Virus record (IMG/VR): IMGVR_UViG_3300021387_001157
Span: 64,001 to 128,000 of that record
DNA length: 64,000 nt
Source of the DNA: a virus
Taxonomy: Duplodnaviria > Caudoviricetes
Strand: one strand, 5' to 3'
Part shown: one piece after another, positions 10,245 through 19,329 of the stretch
Layout: each line of letters opens with the position of its first letter
Position numbering within the stretch: the first letter of the stretch is position 1
Notes under the pieces: model-generated
Databases searched by the model: none
The model's input: only the letters and a program-made list of their open reading frames with translations
What the model was told of the DNA's origin: nothing
Made by a program: the position numbers and the translations under genes

Positions 10245-10883
10245 TTATATATATTTTTCAGTTAGTTTTCTTTCTGTTATATGTCTTTCTCCGGACATGA
10301 GATACTCAATTTGGTTTTCGAAAACCATATCTTTCCTGACAAATGTGGTAAGAACTCTGTATTCTTTCTCTCGTGTTCCAAATCCAACTCCGTCATCCAT
10401 ACTCCAGAATATACTGTTCTCGTGGTTAGGACACTGATAGTTAATACTGGAAAGTATTCTGTTCTTAGTGAAGAAATTGGTTATCAGACTTATACGGTTA
10501 TCAGACTCACACTGTCCAAGTCTTTCCATATATCTGTCAAAAAAGTGTGGGGTGATGAACAAGAATTTGTCACCTTTATTGTAGAGTGAGCAGACCCATA
10601 CTCTGTTGTTTCTTCTAAATGTTGAAAAGGTGAGAGTTTTTAATCCATTCTTCAAATAGTCACGCTTTCCGTATGTGGAGATTATCAGATGATACTCAAT
10701 ACCAGAGTTCTTGCTTGTGAAATCAACCCTGTTGAAATAACGAAGGTTGTCATCTGTCATTCTAAGGCAAGCCTTTCTGTACTTAGAATCCGAAATAACA
10801 GAGATAATCTTTCTATGAACATAGTCCATTTCTGAAATAATCAGATTCTTGATTTCATTGAGTGTCATTGTGTCTACATACAT
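10245..10883 (-). CDS. Hypothetical protein
   Basis: 212-aa ORF; TPHFFDRY.ERL motif recalled from Bacteroidales phage proteins. Confidence 0.7.
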   Translation of the reverse strand: MYVDTMTLNEIKNLIISEMDYVHRKIISVISDSKYRKACLRMTDDNLRYFNRVDFTSKNSGIEYHLIISTYGKRDYLKNGLKTLTFSTFRRNNRVWVCSLYNKGDKFLFITPHFFDRYMERLGQCESDNRISLITNFFTKNRILSSINYQCPNHENSIFWSMDDGVGFGTREKEYRVLTTFVRKDMVFENQIEYLMSGERHITERKLTEKYI

Positions 10884-10895
10884 GGCTCATGAAAT

Positions 10896-11375
10896 TTAAA
10901 GTTTGACAATACTTTTCACGACCCTTGACAAGTAGTCGTAGTGGAGGAACATATATAAACTAGGCTCTACCGGTTTGCCTCCGTCATACTGAATTTCGTA
11001 GAATGTCTTGTATCCTTCTTCAGTATTCTTTATTGAAAAGACCGAGAACATATGGTCACTGAGAAGTGAAAGTGTCTTTGCTTTCCTCAGGGCGGCTTCA
11101 TAATCGTCCGTGAGATAAAGCGTGTCCATTAATGACTCAGACAGCACACAGAATTTATAGTTGGGGTTGACACTCTCCCTTCCTATAGTCATCATAAGTT
11201 CGTCATGGTTGGTCACATTATAGTCTGGACGTGAGACTATGTTTTTAAGAACATTTATTTTTTTAGATACATCATCTGTTTCTAAATTCACACTCTTAAA
11301 AAACTCTATAAATGATTCAAGGGAAGTTGCTGCCCATTGAATAGTGTCAATTTCTTCTTTTCCAATTATTTTCAT
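10896..11375 (-). CDS. Hypothetical protein (first gene after a host-type promoter)
   Basis: 159-aa ORF, ATG 25 nt downstream of the TATCTTTG element. Confidence 0.7.
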   Translation of the reverse strand: MKIIGKEEIDTIQWAATSLESFIEFFKSVNLETDDVSKKINVLKNIVSRPDYNVTNHDELMMTIGRESVNPNYKFCVLSESLMDTLYLTDDYEAALRKAKTLSLLSDHMFSVFSIKNTEEGYKTFYEIQYDGGKPVEPSLYMFLHYDYLSRVVKSIVKL

Positions 11376-11383
11376 TTTGTTTC

Positions 11384-11531
11384 CTTTTTAATTTCTGATG
11401 CAAAGATACGAACTTTTTTTGAATTACCAAACTTTTTTTTCAAAAAAATTTAATTTTTTTCGTAACTGCTTAGTTTAGTGAAAGTAAAAAATGATTTTTT
11501 TTTCAATCACTATATAAAATCCTTTGCAAAA
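11384..11531. repeat. ~150-bp dispersed repeat, copy 1 (copy 2 at 19141-19290)
   Basis: 11384-11440 identical to 19141-19197 (57 bp); shared CGTAACTGCTT and AAAATCCyTTGCAAAAT blocks further along. Confidence 0.9.
11401..11431 (-). promoter_or_regulatory. Bacteroidetes primary-sigma promoter (-33 TTTG / -7 TAnnTTTG)
   Basis: Minus strand reads TTTG-N19-TATCTTTG, matching the Bacteroides consensus. Confidence 0.85.
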
Positions 11532-11579
11532 TAATAAAAAAGAAACCTGTTTTTAAAAAAAATAGACACCTTTAAAAAG

Positions 11580-11620
11580 AATCAGACAACTCGTCTCAGT
11601 AAGAGGGAGTTATCTGATTT
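11580..11620 (-). terminator. Putative intrinsic terminator
   Basis: AATCAGAcAACTC...GAGTTaTCTGATT imperfect inverted repeat downstream of 11651-11842. Confidence 0.45.
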
Positions 11621-11650
11621 TCGAAAAAAAGGAAAACAAGTATGTAGACA

Positions 11651-11842
11651 TCAACCTACGTTTTCAAGTATATATTGTATCAGTATTTCTTTCGGAATTT
11701 GGTCAAGCATTTCCCTTGCTTTCTTTTTGTTTGCTTCAATGTCTTCAGTTGGGAGACGTTGAAGCATGATAGCAGAACCATTTTCCACAACTTTATTTTC
11801 TTTTCTATATAGAGATACTGCTTCTTTTATCTTTTCTTTCAT
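11651..11842 (-). CDS. Hypothetical protein
   Basis: 63-aa ORF in operon order. Confidence 0.6.
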   Translation of the reverse strand: MKEKIKEAVSLYRKENKVVENGSAIMLQRLPTEDIEANKKKAREMLDQIPKEILIQYILENVG

Positions 11843-11846
11843 TTAC

Positions 11847-12389
11847 TTATGTTTTTTCGAGTGTATCCAAATCTAGGTTTTCGAAAATCTTCATGAATTT
11901 TTCAAACTCGGGATTTCTCCAAGCGTTCATACAGTATGCTCTTGGTCTTGAATAATGGTAATAGTTTAACTTGATATGTTGTTCGGCTGCTCGTTTAGTC
12001 AGGAAGCAACCTGTCTTGTCTGATAGTTTTTCATAAGATTCGTACTCGTGGGTATCGACGATTCTATTTAGGTACTGTCGTGCAAATCCGAGTACATCCT
12101 CTTCGAATACTTTATTGATGTGTTTCCACTTGATACATATGTCGGATGTTTGGTCTGGTAGGAGATTCTCTTCGATGTATTCGACATAATCCTCAATTGA
12201 GTCGAAAACCTTGTTATCTTGTGTCGAATCTATAATCTTGACAAAATCCCCATAACCTTCTTCGGTGAGTCGCTCCCCCGATTCCATTATTCCCCAGAAT
12301 CGGGGGGTGGCAGTACCTTCTGTGTCTTGTTCTCTGAGTTCCTTCTGTAGGGTTTTCAGAAACTCAAGCTCTTCTTTTGTCATAATCAA
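11847..12389 (-). CDS. Conserved phage hypothetical protein
   Basis: QDT.GTA.PRFW ... FLTKRAAEQHI..N.YHY..PRAY...AWRNPE pattern. Confidence 0.7.
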   Translation of the reverse strand: MIMTKEELEFLKTLQKELREQDTEGTATPRFWGIMESGERLTEEGYGDFVKIIDSTQDNKVFDSIEDYVEYIEENLLPDQTSDICIKWKHINKVFEEDVLGFARQYLNRIVDTHEYESYEKLSDKTGCFLTKRAAEQHIKLNYYHYSRPRAYCMNAWRNPEFEKFMKIFENLDLDTLEKT

Positions 12390-13492
12390 CCTCCGAAATA
12401 TGAAGACTTGGGTGTTTCTCCTGATGTGGAGTCTGGAATAGGTTCTGGAGTTGCAATCTCAGAAAACTCTATCGTCTCGGTTTGAATACCGGAACCAATT
12501 GCCTTATGAGAGAAACTGATGTTACCGGTATCTTCAACGGGTTTGTCAAAGATTCCAAACCCATTCTTCTCAAACTCAGCCATTATTTCATTTGCCTTGT
12601 CCAAGTTGATGTCGGAGTTGATTTCAAAATTTGTAAGGATGTCGTTACTTCCGTCGATGAGTCTGTTGATTTCGGCAATTGACTGATTGATGGTATCGTT
12701 CACAGTCTTCATGGCGAGTTCCTGTTCCATAGAGGAAGTAAGAATACCGTGCATGATGGAGTTGATGTTTTTCATTGCCGTGCTCTGGGCGACTGCCTGC
12801 TCATACTCCTCTACTCTGAAGTCATGTTCGTTCTGAGCATCTTGCACTTTATATCCAACAGCAATTTGGAGTTTCTGCATCACTTTCAGATATTTCTCCG
12901 AAGTCTGTATTCTTGCACGTTGGTTCTCGATTTGCTTCTTTCCTCGAACAATCTCGTTGGAAGTTAATTGGAGTTGAGCCATGAGTTTTGTTCTCTCACT
13001 CTGGTCGGTAGTGTTCCTGAGTTTGTTTTCAATGGCGGTTTTCTTACGGACGTTGTTTTCGAAATTCTCCTCATATTCTTTCAACTTCCGTTTCATTCTT
13101 ACAAGGATGCTGCCGAGATTCGTCACATTCTTGTCGATGATTTGGAGTTTCTCCCTCATCTCTCGGATACCGTTTTCAAGGATGGCGATTGGGTCAATAT
13201 TGACGACCAGTCCGTAGGCTTTTCTCATCAGTTGTAACCACAACAGACTGATAAGTCTCCGAGTTTTCTTGTTGGTCACGATATAGACGATGGCGGCAAG
13301 GGCGGCAAGTTCGGCGACGAACAATAGTAGATTTGCTGTCGCTGCCACGAGGAACGGGAGTGCAAACTTGAAGAATGCATATCCGATTCCTAGTATGGCC
13401 AAGATACCGGTCAGTTTTGCAAACCCACCACCGGGTCTTTTCCACAATTCTTTGAATTTGTCTTTTGGTTGAATGGCTACATTGTTGTCCAT
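12386..13492 (-). CDS. Membrane-anchored long coiled-coil protein (PspA/IM30-like)
   Basis: Two TM helices, then IDPIAILE..I.EM and ~200 aa of heptad-rich helix, the PspA-type layout. Confidence 0.6.
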   Translation of the reverse strand: MDNNVAIQPKDKFKELWKRPGGGFAKLTGILAILGIGYAFFKFALPFLVAATANLLLFVAELAALAAIVYIVTNKKTRRLISLLWLQLMRKAYGLVVNIDPIAILENGIREMREKLQIIDKNVTNLGSILVRMKRKLKEYEENFENNVRKKTAIENKLRNTTDQSERTKLMAQLQLTSNEIVRGKKQIENQRARIQTSEKYLKVMQKLQIAVGYKVQDAQNEHDFRVEEYEQAVAQSTAMKNINSIMHGILTSSMEQELAMKTVNDTINQSIAEINRLIDGSNDILTNFEINSDINLDKANEIMAEFEKNGFGIFDKPVEDTGNISFSHKAIGSGIQTETIEFSEIATPEPIPDSTSGETPKSSYFGG

Positions 13493-13512
13493 ATTTTTTC
13501 CTTTCTTGTTGA

Positions 13513-14196
13513 TTAGATTGTTAATGATTCTATTTTTTGACGGTCGGTGTTCAGAACATCCAATACAGACTGGATGGAGGCGTTGAACATCATTCGGTTG
13601 TTGTTGATTTCAACCTTTGCTGCTTGCATTGCCATATTCTTCTCACCGATTTGTTCCATGAGGGCATCATATTCTGCCTTCATCTGCTGGGCACGGGTTT
13701 GCATCTCTGTTATTTCTGTCTCCACACTGGAAACTTTTTCGTGCTCCAATTTGTCCAACTCACCGAGTCCTGTCTGTTTCTCGGTCTCCACCACACCAAG
13801 GTAGAAGTCGATTGCCTGAAGAATGGCGTTCTTATCGAAGTTCGGGTATTGTCCTTTCAACACATTGAAGGCTGCTGAAATCTTCTGCTCCAAGGTGATT
13901 GGGAGACTGTCTAAACTTTGCAGGGTCGTCTTGAGTTCGAGATAGTCGGGACCTGGCCGGTTCTGAGCGACGATTGCATTCCAAATTCGGTCAATGATGT
14001 TCTTGTCTGCCACTGCTGTCGGGGAACTGGTACTCTGTTCGATTGTCGATGTAGGGGCGAATGACGATGAGATTGAACCCATTGAACTAACAGGAATCTG
14101 AGTGCCTACATTTGTAGTGTCTTGGACAACCTCTTTCGAAACTTGTGGGTCTTCCTTGATGAGAGCTCTTTTGATTTTTTCTCCTATTGATGCCAT
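13513..14196 (-). CDS. Coiled-coil protein, probable partner of the PspA-like gene
   Basis: S/T-rich linker, N.PGPDYLE.K motif, C-terminal coiled coil. Confidence 0.65.
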   Translation of the reverse strand: MASIGEKIKRALIKEDPQVSKEVVQDTTNVGTQIPVSSMGSISSSFAPTSTIEQSTSSPTAVADKNIIDRIWNAIVAQNRPGPDYLELKTTLQSLDSLPITLEQKISAAFNVLKGQYPNFDKNAILQAIDFYLGVVETEKQTGLGELDKLEHEKVSSVETEITEMQTRAQQMKAEYDALMEQIGEKNMAMQAAKVEINNNRMMFNASIQSVLDVLNTDRQKIESLTI

Positions 14197-14226
14197 TTTA
14201 CTTTCTTTTTTTAATTGTTAGACAAG

Positions 14227-14889
14227 TTAGAAAGCGAGTCGTGCAACGAGCCAAGGTTGGAAGTTCCAATTCCCGTCTCCATGTAAGGATAACTTGGGGT
14301 CGTTACCATTGACGTTGAAGAGCATAAGGTTCACACCAACATGTACCATCGGAGTAATTTTGTAATACACCTTCTGCTCGGTACAAAGGTTGAATGAATC
14401 GAGTCCCCACGTGTCGAGATAACCCTCATAGTAGAACTTTTCGAAATCTGCACTGCTATTGATACTGAACTGCCAGTTGCTTCCACTGCCGAAATCGTAT
14501 CGGTACATTGGAGTTAGGTTGAAACAGAAGTTACCCAACAGAAGTTCGTATGCAAAACCGGCGTTAATCATATTGTGGTCGGGCCAGTACATGGCGGTAG
14601 GTACCTTGAAGTAGGGAAAATCTGATGTCCGGAATCTGGTCTCCAAATGTCCGAGGATGTGGGAACCGGCGATTCTGTATTCTCCGTAGAGGATGCCGTA
14701 ACCCACGGCCTGGTTGTTGGTCACTGTGAACTCATTGTACGAATACACGTTGAAGTTGCTGTCTGACTTGAAAAAGTCGGCGACGAACTTCTGATTTCCG
14801 TCATAGGACTGATGCCACTGAATACTTTGAGCATTTGCTGCTGCTGCCATCACAAATACGGCGATGATTGTGAAAAGAACTTTCTTCAT
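14227..14889 (-). CDS. Outer-membrane beta-barrel, DUF5020/Tsx nucleoside-channel-like
   Basis: Signal peptide ...AAANA/Q, alternating aromatic strands, terminal Phe (ARLAF). Confidence 0.6.
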   Translation of the reverse strand: MKKVLFTIIAVFVMAAAANAQSIQWHQSYDGNQKFVADFFKSDSNFNVYSYNEFTVTNNQAVGYGILYGEYRIAGSHILGHLETRFRTSDFPYFKVPTAMYWPDHNMINAGFAYELLLGNFCFNLTPMYRYDFGSGSNWQFSINSSADFEKFYYEGYLDTWGLDSFNLCTEQKVYYKITPMVHVGVNLMLFNVNGNDPKLSLHGDGNWNFQPWLVARLAF

Positions 14890-14910
14890 TTTTTGTGTTT
14901 TTAAATGTTT

Positions 14911-15189
14911 TTATTTGTTGTTTAAGATTTCGTAGTTGTACAGAGGCATAATTTCTCCATCATATAGTTCCCATTCGTTTGTCACGTCTTTAAAGGAGAA
15001 GAATTGTTCGTAGTATTCCACACGTGTGCTTGGAAACCGAATTCCCCTTTCTGTGTCATTTGACGTTTCCACGATATACTTCTTTTCCGAGTCGTCTTCT
15101 TCGAGTTCTATGAAGTAGGATTTGTGCCACAAGACTGACCGGACACGCTTGCCTTCCAAGAGACATTTTATTGCTTCTGTGAAATTCAT
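14911..15189 (-). CDS. DUF2829 / Tad2-like protein
   Basis: MNFTEAIKCLLEGKRVRS..W and terminal D...EWELY fit the DUF2829 pattern. Confidence 0.5.
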   Translation of the reverse strand: MNFTEAIKCLLEGKRVRSVLWHKSYFIELEEDDSEKKYIVETSNDTERGIRFPSTRVEYYEQFFSFKDVTNEWELYDGEIMPLYNYEILNNK

Positions 15190-15298
15190 ATTGCTTTTTG
15201 GTTTTGGGTTTTTACAAGAATCTATGGTTCATCTTTTCCTTAAACTTTTTAATTTTCGAAAGAGTTGCTGTGTGATTCTTTACACTACCCATTGTTTC

Positions 15299-15550
15299 TT
15301 ATCCGATGTTATCGACTTCGATTTCTTCTTCCCTCACGAAAGTCACACTTTGACTCTTCACCCAGAGTGGGGCGTCGACATCTTGCTGCAGGTGGTGTCC
15401 GTCCCATTGGAGACAATTGTCGAAAGGGAGACCAGGAAGATGGTTGTCAAGCGGGATGATGCAAGGTGTTCCTTGTACGATGATGAGCTGACCCTCTATC
15501 CATTCGTTATTCCAACGCTGTGCTTTGAATATTTGAACCTTTATTTTCAT
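15299..15550 (-). CDS. YopX-like small protein
   Basis: FKAQRWNNEWIEGQL resembles the YopX N-terminus; preceded by a class II motif. Confidence 0.5.
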   Translation of the reverse strand: MKIKVQIFKAQRWNNEWIEGQLIIVQGTPCIIPLDNHLPGLPFDNCLQWDGHHLQQDVDAPLWVKSQSVTFVREEEIEVDNIG

Positions 15551-15654
15551 TTGTATTTCCTTTCGTTTAAAAGATACTATTATTTTTCGAAACTCTAAAA
15601 AAATTATTTTTTTTCTTCGATTTTCTCAATTTTTATTTTTCATATCTAAAATTT

Positions 15655-16875
15655 TTATAAGTTTGGCAATTCGGACACTTTACGGATAAGAATTCTGAAA
15701 TATGGACATTTTCCATTTATTGACAAGTCCTTATCATCATTACCTTTACGGAATTTGATTATCTCAAATTGGTTTGGGTTATAGTGTTCCAGATATGTGA
15801 TGGGAACGCCGATAACACCGTCATAATCGGCCGGAATGTTCTTTACCGAACCAGCGTCTATTGCTTTGTAGTTGTCATAAGTTGGGTAGTCATCTGGGTT
15901 GTATTTCTTATACAATGGAATCTTTTCGATTCTCTTTTCGTGTTCAAGGTTTGTGTACCAAACAATGTTTCCGAATCTTTGGTAAACAACACCATCTTCA
16001 ATAAACTGGTTTTTATTGTTTTCATCAATATCCTCGACAGGTATTCTGAATATTGAAGGTCTTGAAAAACCCAACCAAACCTTGTTGTCCTTTATCAGTG
16101 GAAAAAACTCCTTGTATGTGATAGCGTTCTCTGGACCGATTACAATGAACTTCTTACCCATCGTGATAAGTTGTTCAATGAAGTCACGGAAGCGGCTGAA
16201 CGGAGGGTTTGTAATAACAATGTCACACTCTTTCATAATCTCACGACACTCACGACTGTCGAATGAACCGTTACCCTTCAATGGGTAAAAGTCAATCTCA
16301 CTTTCGTCGATGAATCTGTTATCCTCATACTCACCGTTGTACTCCCATTTGTAACCACATTTCTCCAAGTCCCATTCGGCCTTGTAACCGACACCGTGTG
16401 GGTTGTATTGTGTGAAGATGACCTTTTTCAAACCAAGTGTGTGGAACAACTTAGTGAAATAATTTACGAACTCACTACGCCCTTCGTTGCAAACCTTGTC
16501 ACAAGGACAATATACTATTTTTCCTTTGAAGAATTTTTTGTAATGATTCATTTCTTTCGAAATGTCATCCATTGTAGTGTAGAAGTCATCATTCTTCTCC
16601 CTTTTGGCCTTTGCCATATTTTTGTTATTCTTTTTTGTCTTTTTTGTCTTTCTTGTTTTTGTTGTATCAACATCATCTTCAAAAAGCGGTTCGAATGCAA
16701 CTTCCTTCGATGTTGAGTAAGGAACAAACGAATTTTTCTTCAGATACTTTGCAGAAAAACCTGGACAGTTACGTAGAGCCCAGTGCCCTGTGGTTTCGTT
16801 GAAGAAAAGTTCACACCCATCTGGTACGCTGATTTTAGGTCTTATATTTTTGTCTGTCTGAAAATTTTTTTCCAT
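15655..16875 (-). CDS. Adenine-specific DNA methyltransferase (EcoRI-methylase family)
   Basis: AK..KNDDFYT, KIVYCPCD, G.GSFDS.EC, catalytic IVITNPPFS, YDNYKAID, GVPITYL; ~85-aa N-terminal extension. Confidence 0.88.
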   Translation of the reverse strand: MEKNFQTDKNIRPKISVPDGCELFFNETTGHWALRNCPGFSAKYLKKNSFVPYSTSKEVAFEPLFEDDVDTTKTRKTKKTKKNNKNMAKAKREKNDDFYTTMDDISKEMNHYKKFFKGKIVYCPCDKVCNEGRSEFVNYFTKLFHTLGLKKVIFTQYNPHGVGYKAEWDLEKCGYKWEYNGEYEDNRFIDESEIDFYPLKGNGSFDSRECREIMKECDIVITNPPFSRFRDFIEQLITMGKKFIVIGPENAITYKEFFPLIKDNKVWLGFSRPSIFRIPVEDIDENNKNQFIEDGVVYQRFGNIVWYTNLEHEKRIEKIPLYKKYNPDDYPTYDNYKAIDAGSVKNIPADYDGVIGVPITYLEHYNPNQFEIIKFRKGNDDKDLSINGKCPYFRILIRKVSELPNL

Positions 16876-17112
16876 ATATTATATTTTAATGTTTATATTT
16901 AAAAGATACTATTTTTATTTTACTTTTTTTTTTGAATTTTATGAAACTCCATCCCGCCTCAATAAATCCTTCTATGAATTTGAGTAGTCCAGTGTCTGAA
17001 TGCCCGTTGAGTGCATCACGGACATAGCACCTGATAAAAAACTCTTTACTCATTCTTTTACTTTTTTAGGTTTTAGAGTTTGTCGATGGTTTCTTCCTTG
17101 GTCTCGAATCCC

Positions 17113-17337
17113 TCATACCAATTTATTTCCATATTCATCTTCTTCATCTTTAATGAAGAAAGTATAAGAAGTATCTTCTTGTTCATCAAGAACTAAATCT
17201 TTCAATTCACATTCAGTTATTTTAACTTCTTGTATATTTTCATAAGATGAAAGATAACTGGAATGATAAACTCTCATCATTATCTGCTTACCTTTTTGTT
17301 CGGCTTGATAAAGCTCTATTAATCTGCCTAAAACCAT
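17113..17337 (-). CDS. Hypothetical protein
   Basis: 74-aa ORF. Confidence 0.55.
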   Translation of the reverse strand: MVLGRLIELYQAEQKGKQIMMRVYHSSYLSSYENIQEVKITECELKDLVLDEQEDTSYTFFIKDEEDEYGNKLV

Positions 17338-17356
17338 ATCCTTATTTTTAATATAA

Positions 17357-17788
17357 TTACCAAGTTTTTTTATTCTTTATGTTTCCGATGATAAACACTC
17401 TGTCGTGGTTTTCGAAAAGAAATTCATCAAGAGTGTCGAATCTGCTGCCGACAAACCAACCACCTGGTTCTTCGTAGAAGACGTTTCCATATTCTGTGAT
17501 ACTTCCGTCATCCTGAAGTAGTCCGAGTATGTCTCCGTCATAGATTTCGTGACCGTGACATGTTACACCTTTGTCGTCTTTGACACACGCTTTGTATGGT
17601 GTCTTGTATTCGAGTGTGTGAATGTCAATCTCCTCAACCGATGTGGAGTTACCCTCGAAGTCATACTCCGAACACTGGTCGATGGCGTATCTTTGCTCTT
17701 CACCAATCGGAGTCCATAGTTCGATGAGATAACCATAAAACCACCTACCTGTTCTTTTAGATTTTGCTCTGCAAGTTTGGATTTCCAT
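17357..17788 (-). CDS. YopX family protein
   Basis: RAKS..TGRW.YG, EIYDGDIL, IIGNI motifs. Confidence 0.75.
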   Translation of the reverse strand: MEIQTCRAKSKRTGRWFYGYLIELWTPIGEEQRYAIDQCSEYDFEGNSTSVEEIDIHTLEYKTPYKACVKDDKGVTCHGHEIYDGDILGLLQDDGSITEYGNVFYEEPGGWFVGSRFDTLDEFLFENHDRVFIIGNIKNKKTW

Positions 17789-17801
17789 AGGAATATTTTT
17801 T

Positions 17802-18050
17802 TTATCGTTTCACATAGACTAGAATCCTGTCATCGTCGAATTCTGGGTCACACATCACCACCCAGTCACGGAACTCCTTGTCCCATTGTTCCATTTCGGC
17901 GGGGGTTGCATCACCTTGCTCGTATCCATCTGCTTCCATCAAACCAATGATGTCATTGATGGCGTTTTCTTCATTTTCTTCAGTTGTAAGACCAACACGG
18001 GTTTCTTTTGTATCACCGAGATTTCTTCTTAGAATTTCAAGTTGTTTCAT
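17802..18050 (-). CDS. Hypothetical acidic protein
   Basis: 82-aa ORF directly downstream of the sigma gene. Confidence 0.6.
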   Translation of the reverse strand: MKQLEILRRNLGDTKETRVGLTTEENEENAINDIIGLMEADGYEQGDATPAEMEQWDKEFRDWVVMCDPEFDDDRILVYVKR

Positions 18051-18080
18051 TTTTTTCGAAAGTTTTATATTGTTAGTAAC

Positions 18081-18956
18081 TTATTTACTTGCTGCTGCTT
18101 CACGGAGTTTTTCCATGGCTGAATTGTACAATCTATTCACTGTGTAAATAGTTGTTTTGAGGTCTTTGGCAATATCCTTGTCGTTCTTCTCATATTCCTC
18201 TCCGATTCCGAATTTCATGCAGACTATCTTTCTCTCACTTTTCGTGAGTACCGAGAGATAGAGCTCAATCTCTTTTTTCTTGTCTTCCTCGACAAGAATC
18301 TTGTCTGCTCTGTCACCACCGTCGATTGTGTCGGAGATAGTTGATTCGTTTGTATTATTGTTCCCATCAAAACTAATGGAGGTGCTCATAGATAGGATGC
18401 TAGTCTCTGTTGCAAACACGGTTGCAACCATTTCTGGTGTAAGGCCAGCCATATTGGCGATGTCTTCGGTTGAGAGTCCGAAAGTATCACCATTTAGTCT
18501 ATCGATGGTCTTCTTCACCTTGTTTGCTGCAATGGTTACATCGTGACTCCTACGAACCAAATGACCCTCTGTCTCGATGGCGTCGACGATAGCCTTACGG
18601 ATGTACCACACGGCATAGGTGTTGAAACGGTTCCTCTTGTAGTAGTCTTCGTGGTCTACGTATGCACGAGCCGCTTCGAGAAGACCCATGTTCCCATTCT
18701 GGATAAGGTCGTCCAGTTCGAGACCGAGGTGCATGAAGTGCCGTGCCGACTTCACGACCAAAAGGAGGTTATGGTTGACAAAGTTGTCAAAACCAACCTT
18801 GCTTTCCTTGGCAAGTTCTACTGCCTTAATCTCTTCTTCACGAGTGAAGGCTGGATATTTACGGATACCGCTGATATAGGTGTTATATATGTCTCCCATC
18901 TGTTCGTATGATGAGGTGTTGTTAAGGTGGGAGTTGTTTAAATTAACCTTTTTCAT
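18081..18956 (-). CDS. RNA polymerase sigma-70 family factor (RpoD-like, no region 1.1)
   Basis: Region 1.2 YISGIRKYPAFTREEE; region 2 NLLLVV.SARHF...DLIQNGNMGLLEAA...RFNTYAVWYIRKAI; region 4 LTKSERKIV.MKFGI. Confidence 0.9.
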   Translation of the reverse strand: MKKVNLNNSHLNNTSSYEQMGDIYNTYISGIRKYPAFTREEEIKAVELAKESKVGFDNFVNHNLLLVVKSARHFMHLGLELDDLIQNGNMGLLEAARAYVDHEDYYKRNRFNTYAVWYIRKAIVDAIETEGHLVRRSHDVTIAANKVKKTIDRLNGDTFGLSTEDIANMAGLTPEMVATVFATETSILSMSTSISFDGNNNTNESTISDTIDGGDRADKILVEEDKKKEIELYLSVLTKSERKIVCMKFGIGEEYEKNDKDIAKDLKTTIYTVNRLYNSAMEKLREAAASK

Positions 18957-18982
18957 TTCTTTAATAATTTAAAAGTTCGACT

Positions 18983-19132
18983 TTATATTATTTCACATTC
19001 TACATCAATTATAGTCTCTGGGTCGTAGGGAAGATGTTCACCAGGCATATAGATGATTGTCTGTACTTCAAGTTTCTTTCCCTCTCTTTTGAGAGCCTTG
19101 ATGATGTTTATTATGATTCTTAATAAATTCAT
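18983..19132 (-). CDS. 49-aa small ORF between the host-type promoter and the sigma gene
   Basis: Own translation MNLLRIIINIIKALKREGKKLEVQTIIYMPGEHLPYDPETIIDVECEII*; ATG 25 nt from the promoter, the same spacing as copy 1. Confidence 0.6.
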   Translation of the reverse strand: MNLLRIIINIIKALKREGKKLEVQTIIYMPGEHLPYDPETIIDVECEII

Positions 19133-19140
19133 GTTTTTAT

Positions 19141-19290
19141 CTTTTTAATTTCTGATGCAAAGATACGAACTTTTTTTGAATTACCAAACTTTTTTTTGAA
19201 AAAAAATTATTTTTTTTCGTAACTGCTTGATTTTATGAAATAAAAAAATGAAAAAAATTTTAGTAAGAATAAAAAAATCCCTTGCAAAAT
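19141..19290. repeat. ~150-bp dispersed repeat, copy 2
   Basis: Matches 11384-11531. Confidence 0.9.
19158..19188 (-). promoter_or_regulatory. Bacteroidetes primary-sigma promoter driving the phage sigma operon
   Basis: TTTG-N19-TATCTTTG on the minus strand. Confidence 0.85.
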
Positions 19291-19329
19291 TAGATTTTTA
19301 CAAAGGATTTTTTAGAATTTTGGGTGTTT

